Positions 24,762 to 36,813 of a stretch of DNA of 64,000 nt are shown one piece after another. Source of the DNA: Phyllobates terribilis (taxonomy: Eukaryota); assembly GCF_046119375.1 (NCBI RefSeq), contig NW_027362761.1, positions 349,556,001 to 349,620,000 on the forward strand, in the 5' to 3' direction. Both the position numbers and the translations under genes were made by a program. Every line of letters begins with the position of its first letter. Position 1 is the stretch's first letter. The notes under the pieces are model-generated. The model saw only the letters and a list, made by a program, of their open reading frames with translations, did no database searches and had not been told where the DNA came from.

Positions 24762-27189
24762 AAGTTGACGCGCCCCTGGGCCTGTGTCGCGCTGCGCTGC
24801 GCATGCGGGAGCTTACCCGGAGCCGGATCTGGGGAGGGTTGTAGTCTCGTGGCGGTGACCCGGTCCGTGCCCAGGGAGTCAAACTAGACGGCAGTCCATT
24901 AGTAGTAAATGGTTGATGACTACGCCACCCGTTGAGTGCAGCCAGGGGGCTGCTGCTGCAGGGCAGACCGCTGAGGCCGATGGTGGGATTGTGCAGCGTG
25001 ATAGTATAACCCCCAACGGGAGGGGTATGGCCTCAGGGCAGCCGACGTGGATGATGGGGGTAGCAGGAACCACTCAGAGACGGTACGGTGTAGTTCAGGG
25101 TCTTTACTGGTAACAACAAAAGACCCTCCCGGAGTACTTGCTAGCGGATGGGGCCTGGTCAGTCCTTGAGCAGATGGGATCTCCCCTGGCCAGGCGTAGT
25201 TGTAGGCCTCCCAAACTGACTGTACTCTTCTGGCTACCTTGCTAGGAGCTGATGTAAGTAGCCCACGTCCCTGAGTGTACCGTGTGGTGCTCACCCGTAT
25301 GGCCGGTGACTCGGGGCCTTCTAATGGCTTCCGCTCCACGATGGCGGTGCTGGTCCCACGCGTGTGACCGTGCCTTCGGGCTTCTGGGCCAGAGGACCTG
25401 AAATCCCCTGCCTGACGGATTCTGCTGCTGGGCAGGAATTAGTCCCCACAGCCTCGGACTCCGGGTCCGGTAAAAAGTCTTCTTAGTCAGGGCGAACTCT
25501 GCAGCTGCCAGCCCCTGACTCCTTGTAACTGCTGTTTCTTCCTATGCTGTCTCTACTTCTTCTCTTCTTCTACTCACTCACCCTGCCTCAGCCCCAGGTT
25601 TATACAGGGGAAGTTCTTCCCCTCCCAAGACTGGGCAGGAGGTGTGGCATGCACAGGATCCCTGACTAAAGGACCTCCCACCTGCTCTCAGACATAACAT
25701 TACGTTACTGTGGCAACCAGACCCCTGGGGTGTCACACATGCATTATGTGTGAATAGGAGTAACACTACAAAATTACATCAAAACTACTTCTGTAACTAT
25801 ATGCCGCTAAGAACAGTATTGCTGCCCTTCTGGATTGAGTGTCATGTATTATTATTAGAAAAGGTTTTATTATTGGCACTAATGTATTTAATAAAAAAAA
25901 CAGGTTCACAGTGTGAGATTTTTAGATATACTATAAGTGCCTGCAAGAGACATAGTTATAGTCTACACAACCAAAAAAGTCCCTGTGTTTACAGTGTAGG
26001 TCACAAAAATTTGCAAAATAGTAAACCAGTCACAGCCATCCAAAAACAGAACGAACCTCTAATGCCCCCATATTAGCATGCATGTCAGCCACAGATGCCC
26101 TGCTTGCATTATACCATGGCCAGCCTTGCATTATGAGTGCAATTTTAAATGCTAAAAGGGATGAAAGACCTGCAGTAACATTATGTTCACCTGACAATTA
26201 ATCCACATGTCTGACACCCAGGGAGACATTTAGCTGGAGCTTTAAAGACTACAAACAAAAAACAGGAGCTAAGAGAGGAGATCCGAGAGTTTTCTTGACA
26301 TGCTCCTTCTACATCAAAAATTACATGTGATCCTGCCAGTCAGGAGGGGGTCGGAATGGTGAAAGTGTTTCTCCCAGTGGAGAAATGGTGGAAAGAAGTG
26401 CAGGATGAGAAGGGGGCAAGGCTACCACTACTGGATGATGGGAAGGAAGTGAAATAATGATACCGTCAGTGGTGGAGGGGTGGGAAGTAGGACAAACTTG
26501 CAAGTGGCGCATCACTGTGGTATTTGGGTAGCATTGCAGGGGAAGTACATGGTGCTGCACTGTAATATGCATTTGTTGCTTTGGAAGGAGGGGTGTTGTA
26601 CTACAATGTGATATGTTTGACGCTTCTGTGGAGGGATTTGTTCACTGCTGAAGCTTTGGCATCACTATTGATTGGCTTCTAAAGTCAGAGTGGAAGAATC
26701 CAATTGATAAAAGCCGATGATACCAATATAGCAATCATTAATTTGACACTTACGTAATCTGTTACATACCAGGATAAATCAAACCTTAAATTGATACTTT
26801 AAAGGCTTGCGTAATGTTAAACATGAAGATAAGGTTTGCTACATCATGATATGTAACATGTTAAATATCAAGTTAACAATAGCTACACCGTCCTAAATCC
26901 CTATCTCCAATTCACCTCCATATCCACCACTCTGGATATTGCCCAGAATCAGGACATATTTTTCACAGGAGGGAGGAGAGCACTGTATGTATTGAGTCTG
27001 GCCTGAATATTGAGGCTGGCTGCAGTTCAGTTCTATGTTCACCCATTGTACCCTTTTACCTGAATGATCAATGCTGAACTTAATACTTGATCTCTGTTTA
27101 GGAATGGTACATTAAGCCCATGAGTACATGAAGTGTACAAAACATTTTAAGTGCTATAAAAAGCACTATCTACTTCTCCATTAAATGTA

Positions 27190-29982
27190 CAGGTGCATCT
27201 CACTAAATTAGAATATCATCAAAAAGTTAATTTATTTCAGTTCTTCAATACAAAAAGTGTAACTCATATATTATATAGAGCCATTACAAACAGCGTGATC
27301 TACAGCACAGACCAAAAGTTTGGACACACCTCCTCACTTAAAGATTTTTCTGTATTTTCTTGACTTTGAAAATTGTACATTCACACTGAAGGCATCAAAA
27401 CTATGAATTAACACATGTGGAATTATATACTTAACAAAAAAGTGTGAAACAACTGAAAATATGTCTTATATTCTAGGTCTTCAAAGTAGCCACCTTTTGC
27501 TTTGATGACTGCTTTGCACACTCTTGGCATTCTCTTGATGAGCTTCAAGAGGTAGTCACTGGAAATGGTCTTCCAACAATCTTGAAGGAGTTCCCAGAGA
27601 TGCTTAGCACTTGTTGGCCCTTTTGCCTTCACTCTGCGGTCCAGCTCACCCCAAACCATCTCGATTGGTTTCAGGTCTGGTGATTGTGGATGCCAGGTCA
27701 TCTGGCGTAGCACCCCATCACTCTCCTACTTGGTCAAATAGCCCTTACACAGCCTGGAGGTGTGTTTGGGGTCATTGTCCTGTTGAAAAATAAATGATGG
27801 TCCAACTAAACGCAAACCGGATGGAATAGCATGCCGCTGCAAGATGCTGTGGTAGCCATGCTGCTTCAGTATGCCTTCAATTTTGAATAAATTCCCAACA
27901 GTGTCACCAGCAAAGCACCCCCACACCATCACACCTCCTCCTCCATGCTTCACGGTGGGAACCAGGCATGTAGAGTCAATCCGTTCACCTTTTCTACGTC
28001 GCACAAAGACACGGTGGTTGGAACCAAAGATCTCAAATTTGGACTCATCAGACCAAAGCACAGATTTCCACTGGTCTAATGTCCATTCCTTATGTTCGTT
28101 AGCCCAAACAAGTCTCTTCTGCTTGTTGCCTGTCCTTAGCAGTGGTTTCCTAGCAGCTATTTTACCATGAAGGCCTGCTGCACAAAGTCTCCTCTTAACA
28201 GTTGTTGTAGAGATGTGTCTGCTGCTAGAACTCTGTGTGGCATTGACCTGGTCTCTAATCTGAGCTGCTGTTAACCTGCGATTTCTGAGGCTGGTGACTC
28301 GGATAAACTTATCCTCAGAAGCAGAGGTGACTCTTGGTCTTCCTTTCCTGGGGCGGTCCTCATGTGAGCCAGTTTCTTTGCAGCGCTTGATGGTTTTTGC
28401 AACTGCACTTGGGGACACTTTCAAAGTTTTCCCAATTTTTCAGACTGACCTTCATTTTTTAAAGTAATGATGGCTACTCGTTTTTCTTTACTTAGCTGCT
28501 TTTTTCTTGCCATAATACAAATTCTAACAGTCTATTCAGTAGGACTATCAGCTGTGTATCCACCTGACTTCTGCACAACACAACTGATGGTCCCAACCCC
28601 ATTTATAAGGCAAGAAATCCCACTTATTAAACCTGACAGGGCACACCTGTGAAGTGAAAACCATTTCCGGTGACTACCTCTTGAAGCTCATCAAGAGAAT
28701 GCCAAGAGTGTGCAAAGCAGTCATCAAAGCAAAAGGTGGCTACTTTGAAGAATATAAGACATATTTTCAGTTGTTTCACATTTTTTTGTTAAGTATATAA
28801 TTCCACATGTGTTAATTCATAGTTTTGATGCCTTCAGTGTGAATGTACAATTTTCAAAGTCATGAAAATACAGAAAAATCGTTAAATGAGAAGGTGTGTC
28901 CAAACTTTTGGTCTGTACTGTATTTCAAGTGTTTATTTCTGTTAACGTTGATGATTATGGCTTACAGCCAATGAAAACACAAAAGCCATTATCTCAGTAA
29001 ATTAGAATACTTTATAATAACAGATTGAAAAATGTTTTTAAAATCCTAAATGTTGGCCTACTGAAATATATGTTCAGTAAATGCACTCAATACTTGGTCG
29101 GGGCTCCTTTTGCATCAATTACTGCATCAATGCGGCGTGGCATGGAGGAGATCAGCCTGTGACACTGCTGAGGTGTTATGGAAGCCCAGGTTGCTTTGAT
29201 AGCAGCCTTCAGCTCGTCTGCATTGTTGGGTCTGGTGTCTTTCATCTTCCTCTTGACAATACCCCAAAGATTCTCTATGGGGTTAAGATCAGGCGAGTTT
29301 GCTGGCCAATCAAGCACAGTGATACTGCTGCTTTTAAACTAGGTATTGGTACTTTTGGCAGTGTGGACAGGTGCCAAGTCCTGCTGGAGAAAGAAATTTC
29401 CATCTCCAAAACGCTTGTCGGCAGAGGGAAGCATGAAGTGCTCTAAAATTTCCTGGTAGATGGCTGCACTGACTTTGGTCTTGATAAAACACAGTGGACC
29501 TACATCAGCAGATGACATGGCTCCCCAAACCATCACTGATTGTGGAAACTTCACACTAGACCTCAAGCAGCTTGGATTGTGTGCCTCTCCACTCTTCCTC
29601 CAGTCTCTGGGACCTTGATTTCCAAATGAAAATTGGAACTCTGGGACCTTGTGGAGTGTGTCAATGACTGCCTTCTGGACATCTGTCAAGTCAGCAGTCT
29701 TCCCCACGACTGTGGAGCATACTGAAACAGACTAAGGGACCTTTTTAAATGCTTAGCCTTTTGCAGATGTTTTTTTTTGCTAATTACTTTCATTTACTGA
29801 GATAATGACTTGAGTTTTCATTGGCTGTAAGCCATAATCATCAACATTAACAGAAATAAACACTTGAAACAGTTCACTCTGTTTGTAATGACTCTATATA
29901 ATATATGAGTTTTACTTTTTGTATTGAAGAACTGAAATAAATTAACTTGTTGATGATATTCTAATTTAGTGAGATGCACCTG
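27190..29982 (-). mobile_element. Tc1 (DD34E) element, internally deleted, hosting a nested Tc1-like element
   Basis: TA|CAGGTGCATCTCAC..GTGAGATGCACCTG|TA with long TIRs. Remnant MGKTADL..QDLAPVH..WPANSPDLNPIENLW..GAPTKY; 34 residues between D and E. Confidence 0.92.
27303..28920 (-). mobile_element. Tc1-like DD38E element, near full length, disabled
   Basis: TA-flanked, long TIRs. Transposase from ATG 28513 with a 4-bp deletion near 28445 and a TAG at 27726. 38 residues between D (QQDND) and E (PIE). Confidence 0.9.
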
Positions 29983-31262
29983 TAGGTATGAACTGGTAAT
30001 ATGGCCTTTAAGGGTCTGGTCTGAGATCTAAATGTATGACTAGGTTCTGAATTTATTTGAGTTTCAGTCATTAGGAGACATGATTATGGAAGTCTGAGCT
30101 GGATGGAAAAGGAAAGGAAAGAGAACCCTATAATCCAACAAGACATCATCTGAGATATGGTGGAGCTGGTACCTATCCTGACATGTATCATTTATTTATA
30201 TGGTGGTGCAATATGTTGAGTACATATATATCTGTCACCATGTGATTAAGTGTATCTATATTCCATTTCTTTGTGTTAATTGTGTGTCTTGCATAGATAA
30301 GGGTATGTGATGAGAAATAGATTTGTGTCATTAAGAGAGATCATCATGGAAGTCTGGGCTGGATGGAGAGGAAAAGGAAAGAGAATACTTACAATTCAAG
30401 AAGACATACTGTAATATCTGGTGGAGCCATCACCTATCCTGACATGTAAACCATTGCATCAAATATGAGATAACAGCTCATTATTATGGCGGCACAATAT
30501 ATATTTTTTATTTCATTGACGTTTGTTTGATTGTGTAGTGGTAGTGATCACTTGTTTCTGATTGAATACTGAGCATAAGTATGTCTGTCACCATGTGATT
30601 AAAGAGAACCTGTGGATTTCTGAAGGAAAGGTGAGGATTTAAATAAAAATATTAACTATATTTACATACGTGCCACTAGTTTGGGGTATTAAATCCTGAT
30701 GACAGGTTCTCTAAGTGTTGTTAGATTCCATTTCATTCTGTTAGGGAGTGATGAGGGACATGATCAAGAAAAGGAAAATTCACTGTACTCTCCATTGCAT
30801 GCCATTCTTTTTCTGCTTTGCTGGGGTTTGTGTTGCAAGCATTACTCTTTCATCCCAGTCTGGCACTGCCTAATTGCACATAAAATGTACAAAAATGTAA
30901 AATAAACATATTTCTAGGAGAAATTACAACTAAAAGTTCCAAAATAAAAACATGTACCACACAGCATATTTATTTACAAAAAAATGTAAACTTAAGTGAG
31001 ACTCATAATAGTGTGATTTACCCAGTATATATCAAGTTCCAGCTTGTGAATTTGGGATAATGCAGGATACAAGATAAGTGCCGCTTTTTGTGTTTAAGCA
31101 GAGCTCATGCATAGCAGTAAGTAGTAATAATAGTCAATTTACTTCATAGGCATAAATCTACAGTGATTTGTAACCAACTACAAAAAATTGCCAGCAAAAC
31201 TTTAGTATTAAGTAAATGGAAAATGTTTTTCTTGCAGATGTCTTATGTAAGAACACACTTAC

Positions 31263-31320
31263 ATAATTCTCATACTTTGAATGAATAAAATTGTCTTCTT
31301 AATTGAATGCGTTATGACTC
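31263..31320 (-). pseudogene. Exon-like segment
   Basis: ATTTTCCTCTGGATAG| acceptor and |GTAAGT donor, 58 nt. One open frame (VITHSIKKTILFIQSMRI). Confidence 0.3.
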
Positions 31321-31469
31321 CTATCCAGAGGAAAATATATCATTTACATATAGCAAAAGAAAATAAGGAATTAGATGGGAACACAGAGATCCTCCACTGG
31401 CTGCATTAATATCATTTCCAATTTCCAGTATTGACATAATATTAATGGTGCGCTGATTTAATCAGAGTG

Positions 31470-31625
31470 AAGTGTTACACTGAGGGTCTGGAGAGTTCTT
31501 ATGTTAATCATCTTGGAGGAAAGGTTGTTATTTTTGGTCAAAGCATTTCCATTCTTAAGGTCTACCACCAGAGGCACCAATTGATTGTGTAATAAAAAGT
31601 TTAAGGTATCATTTGACCAGAGGTC
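31470..31625 (-). pseudogene. Exon-like segment with Sema-like residues
   Basis: TTTTATTTCGTAG| acceptor. Open frame DLWSNDTLNFLLHNQLV..INIRTLQTLSVT, compare TLNF and IRxLQxLS in class-4 semaphorins. Donor unclear. Confidence 0.35.
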
Positions 31626-31671
31626 CTACGAAATAAAATATATACATACAATTATATCTACTGAGAGGTAT

Positions 31672-32040
31672 TAGGGCTTATGCAGACAACCGTATTTCCA
31701 TCAGATCGCACTCAGACCAATGTTATTCTATAGGTTCGAGCACATGTCCAATTTTTTCCTTGGACCGAGTCTGTACAGGAAAAAATCACAGAATCCAATA
31801 TTCGGATCACACTCAGATATGCAATTCCATGGAAAAAATTGGACCGCACTTGGATAACTTTCAAGTGCAGTCCGATTTTCGCAGACTAACAGAATGAAGA
31901 AGATGGAGAATTTTTTTTTCCATCTTCCCCTCATCCGAGAAAATCAGATCACACTCTGATCACACTTTGATAAAACTCTGATCAGATTTTGATCAGAGTG
32001 TGATTAGCATAATCGACCTGATTCTCTCGAATGAGAGAAA
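31672..32040. mobile_element. Decayed MITE
   Basis: GGGCTTATGCAGAC-type start and internal inverted CTCTGATCA/TGATCAGAG motifs. Confidence 0.35.
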
Positions 32041-33140
32041 ATACACTGTAATATTTCCGAAATGTTCAGTTATCAGCCAAACACTCTATGACTCTATGAT
32101 TAATTGGCAACTGATTAATTAATTTGCCCCTGCAAAGTTTGGCATCAGTTTCCAAAGAGGGATTATTTTATTCACTCTATACAGAAAACCACCAACATTG
32201 TCCTCCTTTGGAGACAATTTTTTTTTTCATTTCTTAACCGCATGTATTTTTGGCAAAAAAAAAAAAATTGTAATTAGGTGTCATTAAAAATTTTGCACTG
32301 TTTGCCTTCTATGTCCTCGGTGTTGCATAGTCTATTGCTGGCTGCAGAATGGGTTAACTAAGAATCTGTCAGTGAGCTCATTCTCATGGTCCAATGGAAG
32401 AGATTCTGACTCTTTTATCTGTGATTTGCATACATGCGGTCACAGTCCAACTAGTTGGGCGCAGCCTCGCTCAATGCAAGTGTGTTGAGTGAGGCCAGAT
32501 ACAGTCTAGTTGAAGTGTGGCCGGAAGTATGCAAATCGCATACTAGCAGTGACGTGACCTCCCAGGCACCAGCACATACAGTGAAAGCAAACAACCCCTT
32601 TAAGGCAGATCTGTCATCTGAATGTGCTGTCCTAATTAAAAGCAGCATATTATATGGACAGGTCTGCTTTCCATTTAGCCTAAACAGCCAAAAAAAATAA
32701 CAGGCAGGTTAATAATTACCATGGGTCTCCGGCAGTGGTCAGAAGATGCAGCACACTAGCTGTTGTGAAACTACAAGTCTCAGCATGTTCTTACATCTCT
32801 AGGTTGTCTACAGTATTCATAAGGGGAGTGTTCCTCCTGTCTCTGGCTTGATGGCTGCCATCAGTCACTAGTGAGAGGAGCAGTGACAAGTGAGGAGCAG
32901 CACCTGCATCTCCCTGGCAGAAAAAACGCATGCGGATTGTACATGCGGATTGTACATGCGTTTTTCCCAGGGGTGGATTAAGAGTAGCAAGGTCCCCGGG
33001 CAGTTTAGAAGGCGTGGGCCCCCCCACACACACACACACCTGATGTATCACGTGACATGTCACATGATCCCCTGTGATAGATCATGTTAAAGTTCACGTG
33101 AAATTAATTTGGCACAATATTAATTATAATAATTTTTTTT

Positions 33141-34203
33141 AGGCTGTGTGCCCACTATGCGTTTTTTAAGCGTTTCCGCAGCGGCAATTCCACTGCAGAA
33201 ATGCTTAAACGCTTGGTAGAAGGTCAGCCATGTTCCCCAATGATAATCCGGTGCGGATTATCATTGCGGAAAAATCCGCAGCACTACCAATTATTTTGCG
33301 GAAGCGCGGCACTTTCGCCGCCATTGACTTGCATTGGAACACATGGAATCCGCATTACTGCATCTGTACATGCAGAATCCATGCGTTTCAATGTGCGGAT
33401 GGTACCCGGGTTTGGAGAAGAGGAGACTCTCCTCCAGACCCCGGTACCATAGAAACTGTAAAAAAAGAATAAAATAAAAAATAAATATTATACAGTGGTG
33501 GCCAAAAGTATTGGCACCCCTGCAATTCTGTCAGATAATACTCAGTTTCTTCCTGAAAATGATTGCAATCGTTTGGTGTAGAATTGTATCCAATTTGGCT
33601 TTAGGACAATTCTTTTTGTGTTTTTTCATTGAAGACAAATTAAATGAAGATAATAATACCAAAGAATTTGTGATAGCAATCATTTTCAGGAAGAAATTGA
33701 GTATTATCTGACAGAATTGCAGGGGTGCCAATACTTTTGGCCACCACTGTACTTACCTTCTGATGGCCCCCGGTGTCTTTATCCGATGCGTCCTGGCTTG
33801 CCGGCAGCTCGCGATGGTCTGAAAAGGACCTGCCGTGACGTCATTTAGTCATGTGACGGGTCACGCGACCGCTGACGTCGGCAGGCCATCAGAAGGTAAT
33901 TATATATTTATTTTTTACCATTCTTTTACGGTCACACTATATAAACCCATGCAGGTTGCATGGATTTATACAGTGTGACCAAGTTGTCAAGCACTTTCCA
34001 AGTGATGCTAAAATCGCTTGGAAAGCGCTTGTCAACATGTGAAGTGTTCTTCACATGCGGAAATGCATGTGAAGAACACTTCACATCCGCAAGTCCCTGG
34101 CAGGAAAAACGCATGTACAATCCGCATGCGTTTTTTCTGCCAGGGAGATGCAGAAATGCTCAAAAAAAATCCGGAGCATTTCTGCATCGTGGGCACATAG
34201 CCT
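33141..34203. mobile_element. Non-autonomous DNA element with AGGCT[AG]TGTGCCCAC TIRs
   Basis: AGGCTGTGTGCCCAC ... GTGGGCACATAGCCT. Further partial copies at 35985-36505 (inverted) and 36506-38121. Confidence 0.75.
33493..33749. mobile_element. Tc1-derived MITE (257 bp)
   Basis: TA|CAGTGGTGGCCAAAAGTATTGGCACCCCTGCAATTCTG.. near-perfect TIRs and TA duplication. Confidence 0.9.
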
Positions 34204-34235
34204 TACATTAATTATATGACTCAATATTGAGCACA

Positions 34236-35465
34236 CGTAGCCATCTATACACGGTGGGAGGTCGCACGTAGCCATCTATACACGGCAGGAGGCCGCACGT
34301 AGCCATCTATACACAGCGGGAGGCCGCAGGGCGCCATCTATACACAGCAGGAGGCCGCACGTAGCCATCTATACACAGCGGGAAGCCGCACGTAGCCATC
34401 TATACACAGCGGGAGGCCGCACGTAGCCATCTATACACAGCGGAAGGACGCACGGCGCCATCTACACACAGCGGGAGGCCGCACGGCGCCATATATACAC
34501 AGCGGGAGGCTGCACGGCGCCATCTATACACAGCGGGAGGCCGCACGGCGCCATCTATACACAGCGGGAGGCCGCACGGCCCCATCTATACACAGCGGGA
34601 GGCCGCACGGCACCATCTATACACAGCGGGAGGCCGCACAGCGCCATCTATACACAGCGGGACGGCCACACGGCGCCATCTACACACAGCGGGAGGCCGC
34701 ACGGCGCCATTTATACACAGTGGGACGGCCGCACGGCACCATCTATACACAGTGGGAGGCCGCACGGCGCCACCTATACACAGCGTGAGGCCGCACGGCG
34801 CCATCTATACACCGCAAGGGGCCGCACGGCGCCATCTATACACAGCAGGAGGCCGCACGGCGCCATCTATACACAGCGGGAGGTCACACGGCGCCATCTA
34901 TACACAGCGGGAGGCCGCACGGCGCCATCTATACACAGCGGGAGGCCGCACGGCGCCATCTATACACAGCGGGAGGCCGCATGGCGCCATCTATACACAG
35001 CGGGAGGCCGCACGGCGCCATCTATACACAGCGGGACGGCCGCACGGCGCCATCTATACACAGCGGGAGGCAGCACGGCGCCACCTAAACACAGTGGTAG
35101 GCCGCACGGCGCCATCTATACACCACAGGGGGCCGCACGGCGCCATCTATACACAGCGGGAGGCCGCACGGCGCCATGTATACACAGCGGGAGGCGGCAC
35201 AACGCCATCTATACACAGCGGGAGGCCACACGATGCCATCTATACACAGCAGGGGGCCGCACGATGCCATCTATACACAGCGGGCAGCCGCACGGCGCCA
35301 TCTATACACCGCAGGGGGCCACACGGCGCCATCTATACACAGCGAGAGGCCGCACGGCGCCATCTATACACAGCGGGAGGCCGCACAGCACCATCTATAC
35401 ACAGAGGGAGGCCGCATGGCGCCCCCCCCGCCCAGAGACAGCAGGAGGCCGCACGGTGCCATCTA
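34236..35465. repeat. 31-bp GC-rich minisatellite (~39 units)
   Basis: Tandem GGCGCCATCTATACACAGCGGGAGGCCGCAC with no unique spacers. Confidence 0.95.
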
Positions 35466-35494
35466 TACTCAGCAGGAGGCCGCACGCAGTCACG

Positions 35495-35672
35495 CACGCA
35501 GTCACGCACACACACAAACATATACAGACATATACATACACGCATAAACACATTTGAAACACAAAAATACATATAAACAGACATCACACAATGATATCTG
35601 CCAGCACACACACACACATACATACACATACACACACACTCACACTCACTCACACAGACACACACACACACT
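35495..35672. repeat. (CA)n-rich microsatellite region
   Basis: CACACA/CATACA/CTCACA runs. Confidence 0.8.
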
Positions 35673-36813
35673 CACCATCCCCCGGCTCGGCTCCAGTCCT
35701 CCTGCTCATTTCCGATGCAGCACTGATGGCCGGGTGCGCACTGCGTGACGTCACAGCTAGGAGACACGGCCGCGCACAGGGCCGTGTCTCCTAGCAGTGA
35801 TGCGGCCGGGCCAGCACAGGGAAGTTAACTGCTGCAGTGCTGGCTCGGCTGAAGAAGAAGCAGCGGCCGCGCGCCGCTGCTGGGGGAGCGGTCCGGGGGC
35901 CCCCCCGCCACTGTCTGCCGGTGTGTCCCGCGTCGCTGCACATATAATGAGGGCAATCTGGCCCCCGATGTGCTTGTCTTGGCTTGCCGGCAGCTCGCGG
36001 TAGATTAAAGGACTTGCTGACGTCAGCGGTCGCGTGAACCGTCACATGACTAAATGACGTCACCGCAGGTCCTTGAGTCCACCGCAACCTGCTGGCAAGC
36101 GAAGACAAGGACACCGGGGGCCATCAGAAGGTAAATATAATATTTATTTTTTATTTCATTTTTTTTTTTACAGGCTCTATGGTACCTGGGTCCGGAGGAG
36201 AGTCTCCTGTCCTCCACACCCGGGTACCATCCACACATTGAAATGCATGGAATGAGCATCTGCAGATGCAGTGATGCGGATTCCATGCGTTCCAATGCAA
36301 ATCAATGGTGGCAAAAACGCTGCGCTTCCACAAAATAATTGGTAGGGCTGCAGATTTTTCCGCAATGATAATCCGCAGCGGAAATATCCGCAGCGGAAAT
36401 TTCTGCAGCATGTGCACAGCACATGCGGATTATCATTGGGGAATATGGCAGCCCTTCTACCAAGCGTTTTTTAAATGTTAAAAACGCATAGTGGGCACAC
36501 AGCCTACAGCAATTCCACTGCAGAAACGCTTAAAAAAACGCTTGGTAGAAGGTCTGCCATATTCCCCAATGATAATCCGCATGTGCTGTGCACATGCTGC
36601 AGAAAGTTCCGCTGCGGATTATCATTGCGGAAAAATCCGCAGCACTACCAATTATTTTGCGGAAGCGTTGCGTTTTCGCCGCCATTGACTTGCATTGAAT
36701 CGCATAATATCCGCATCACTACATGTGCAGATGCGCATTCCATGCGTTTCAATGTGCAGATGGTACCCGGGTTTGGAGAAGAGGAGACTCTCCTCCAGAC
36801 CTGGGTACCATAG

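Larger units (their letters stand above)
17884..25737 (-). mobile_element. Full-length Ty3/Gypsy LTR retrotransposon, apparently intact
   Basis: 972-bp LTRs (17884-18855, 24766-25737) with no mismatch seen by eye. TSD CATG. tRNA-Ser PBS, PPT, open gag and pol. Confidence 0.97.

Noticed and set aside
34236-35465. Possible CRISPR-like array
   Set aside because: Units are contiguous with no unique spacers, the context is eukaryotic, and there are no cas genes.
34752-35576. 274-aa ORF and neighbouring repetitive ORFs
   Set aside because: They are translations of the 31-bp minisatellite.
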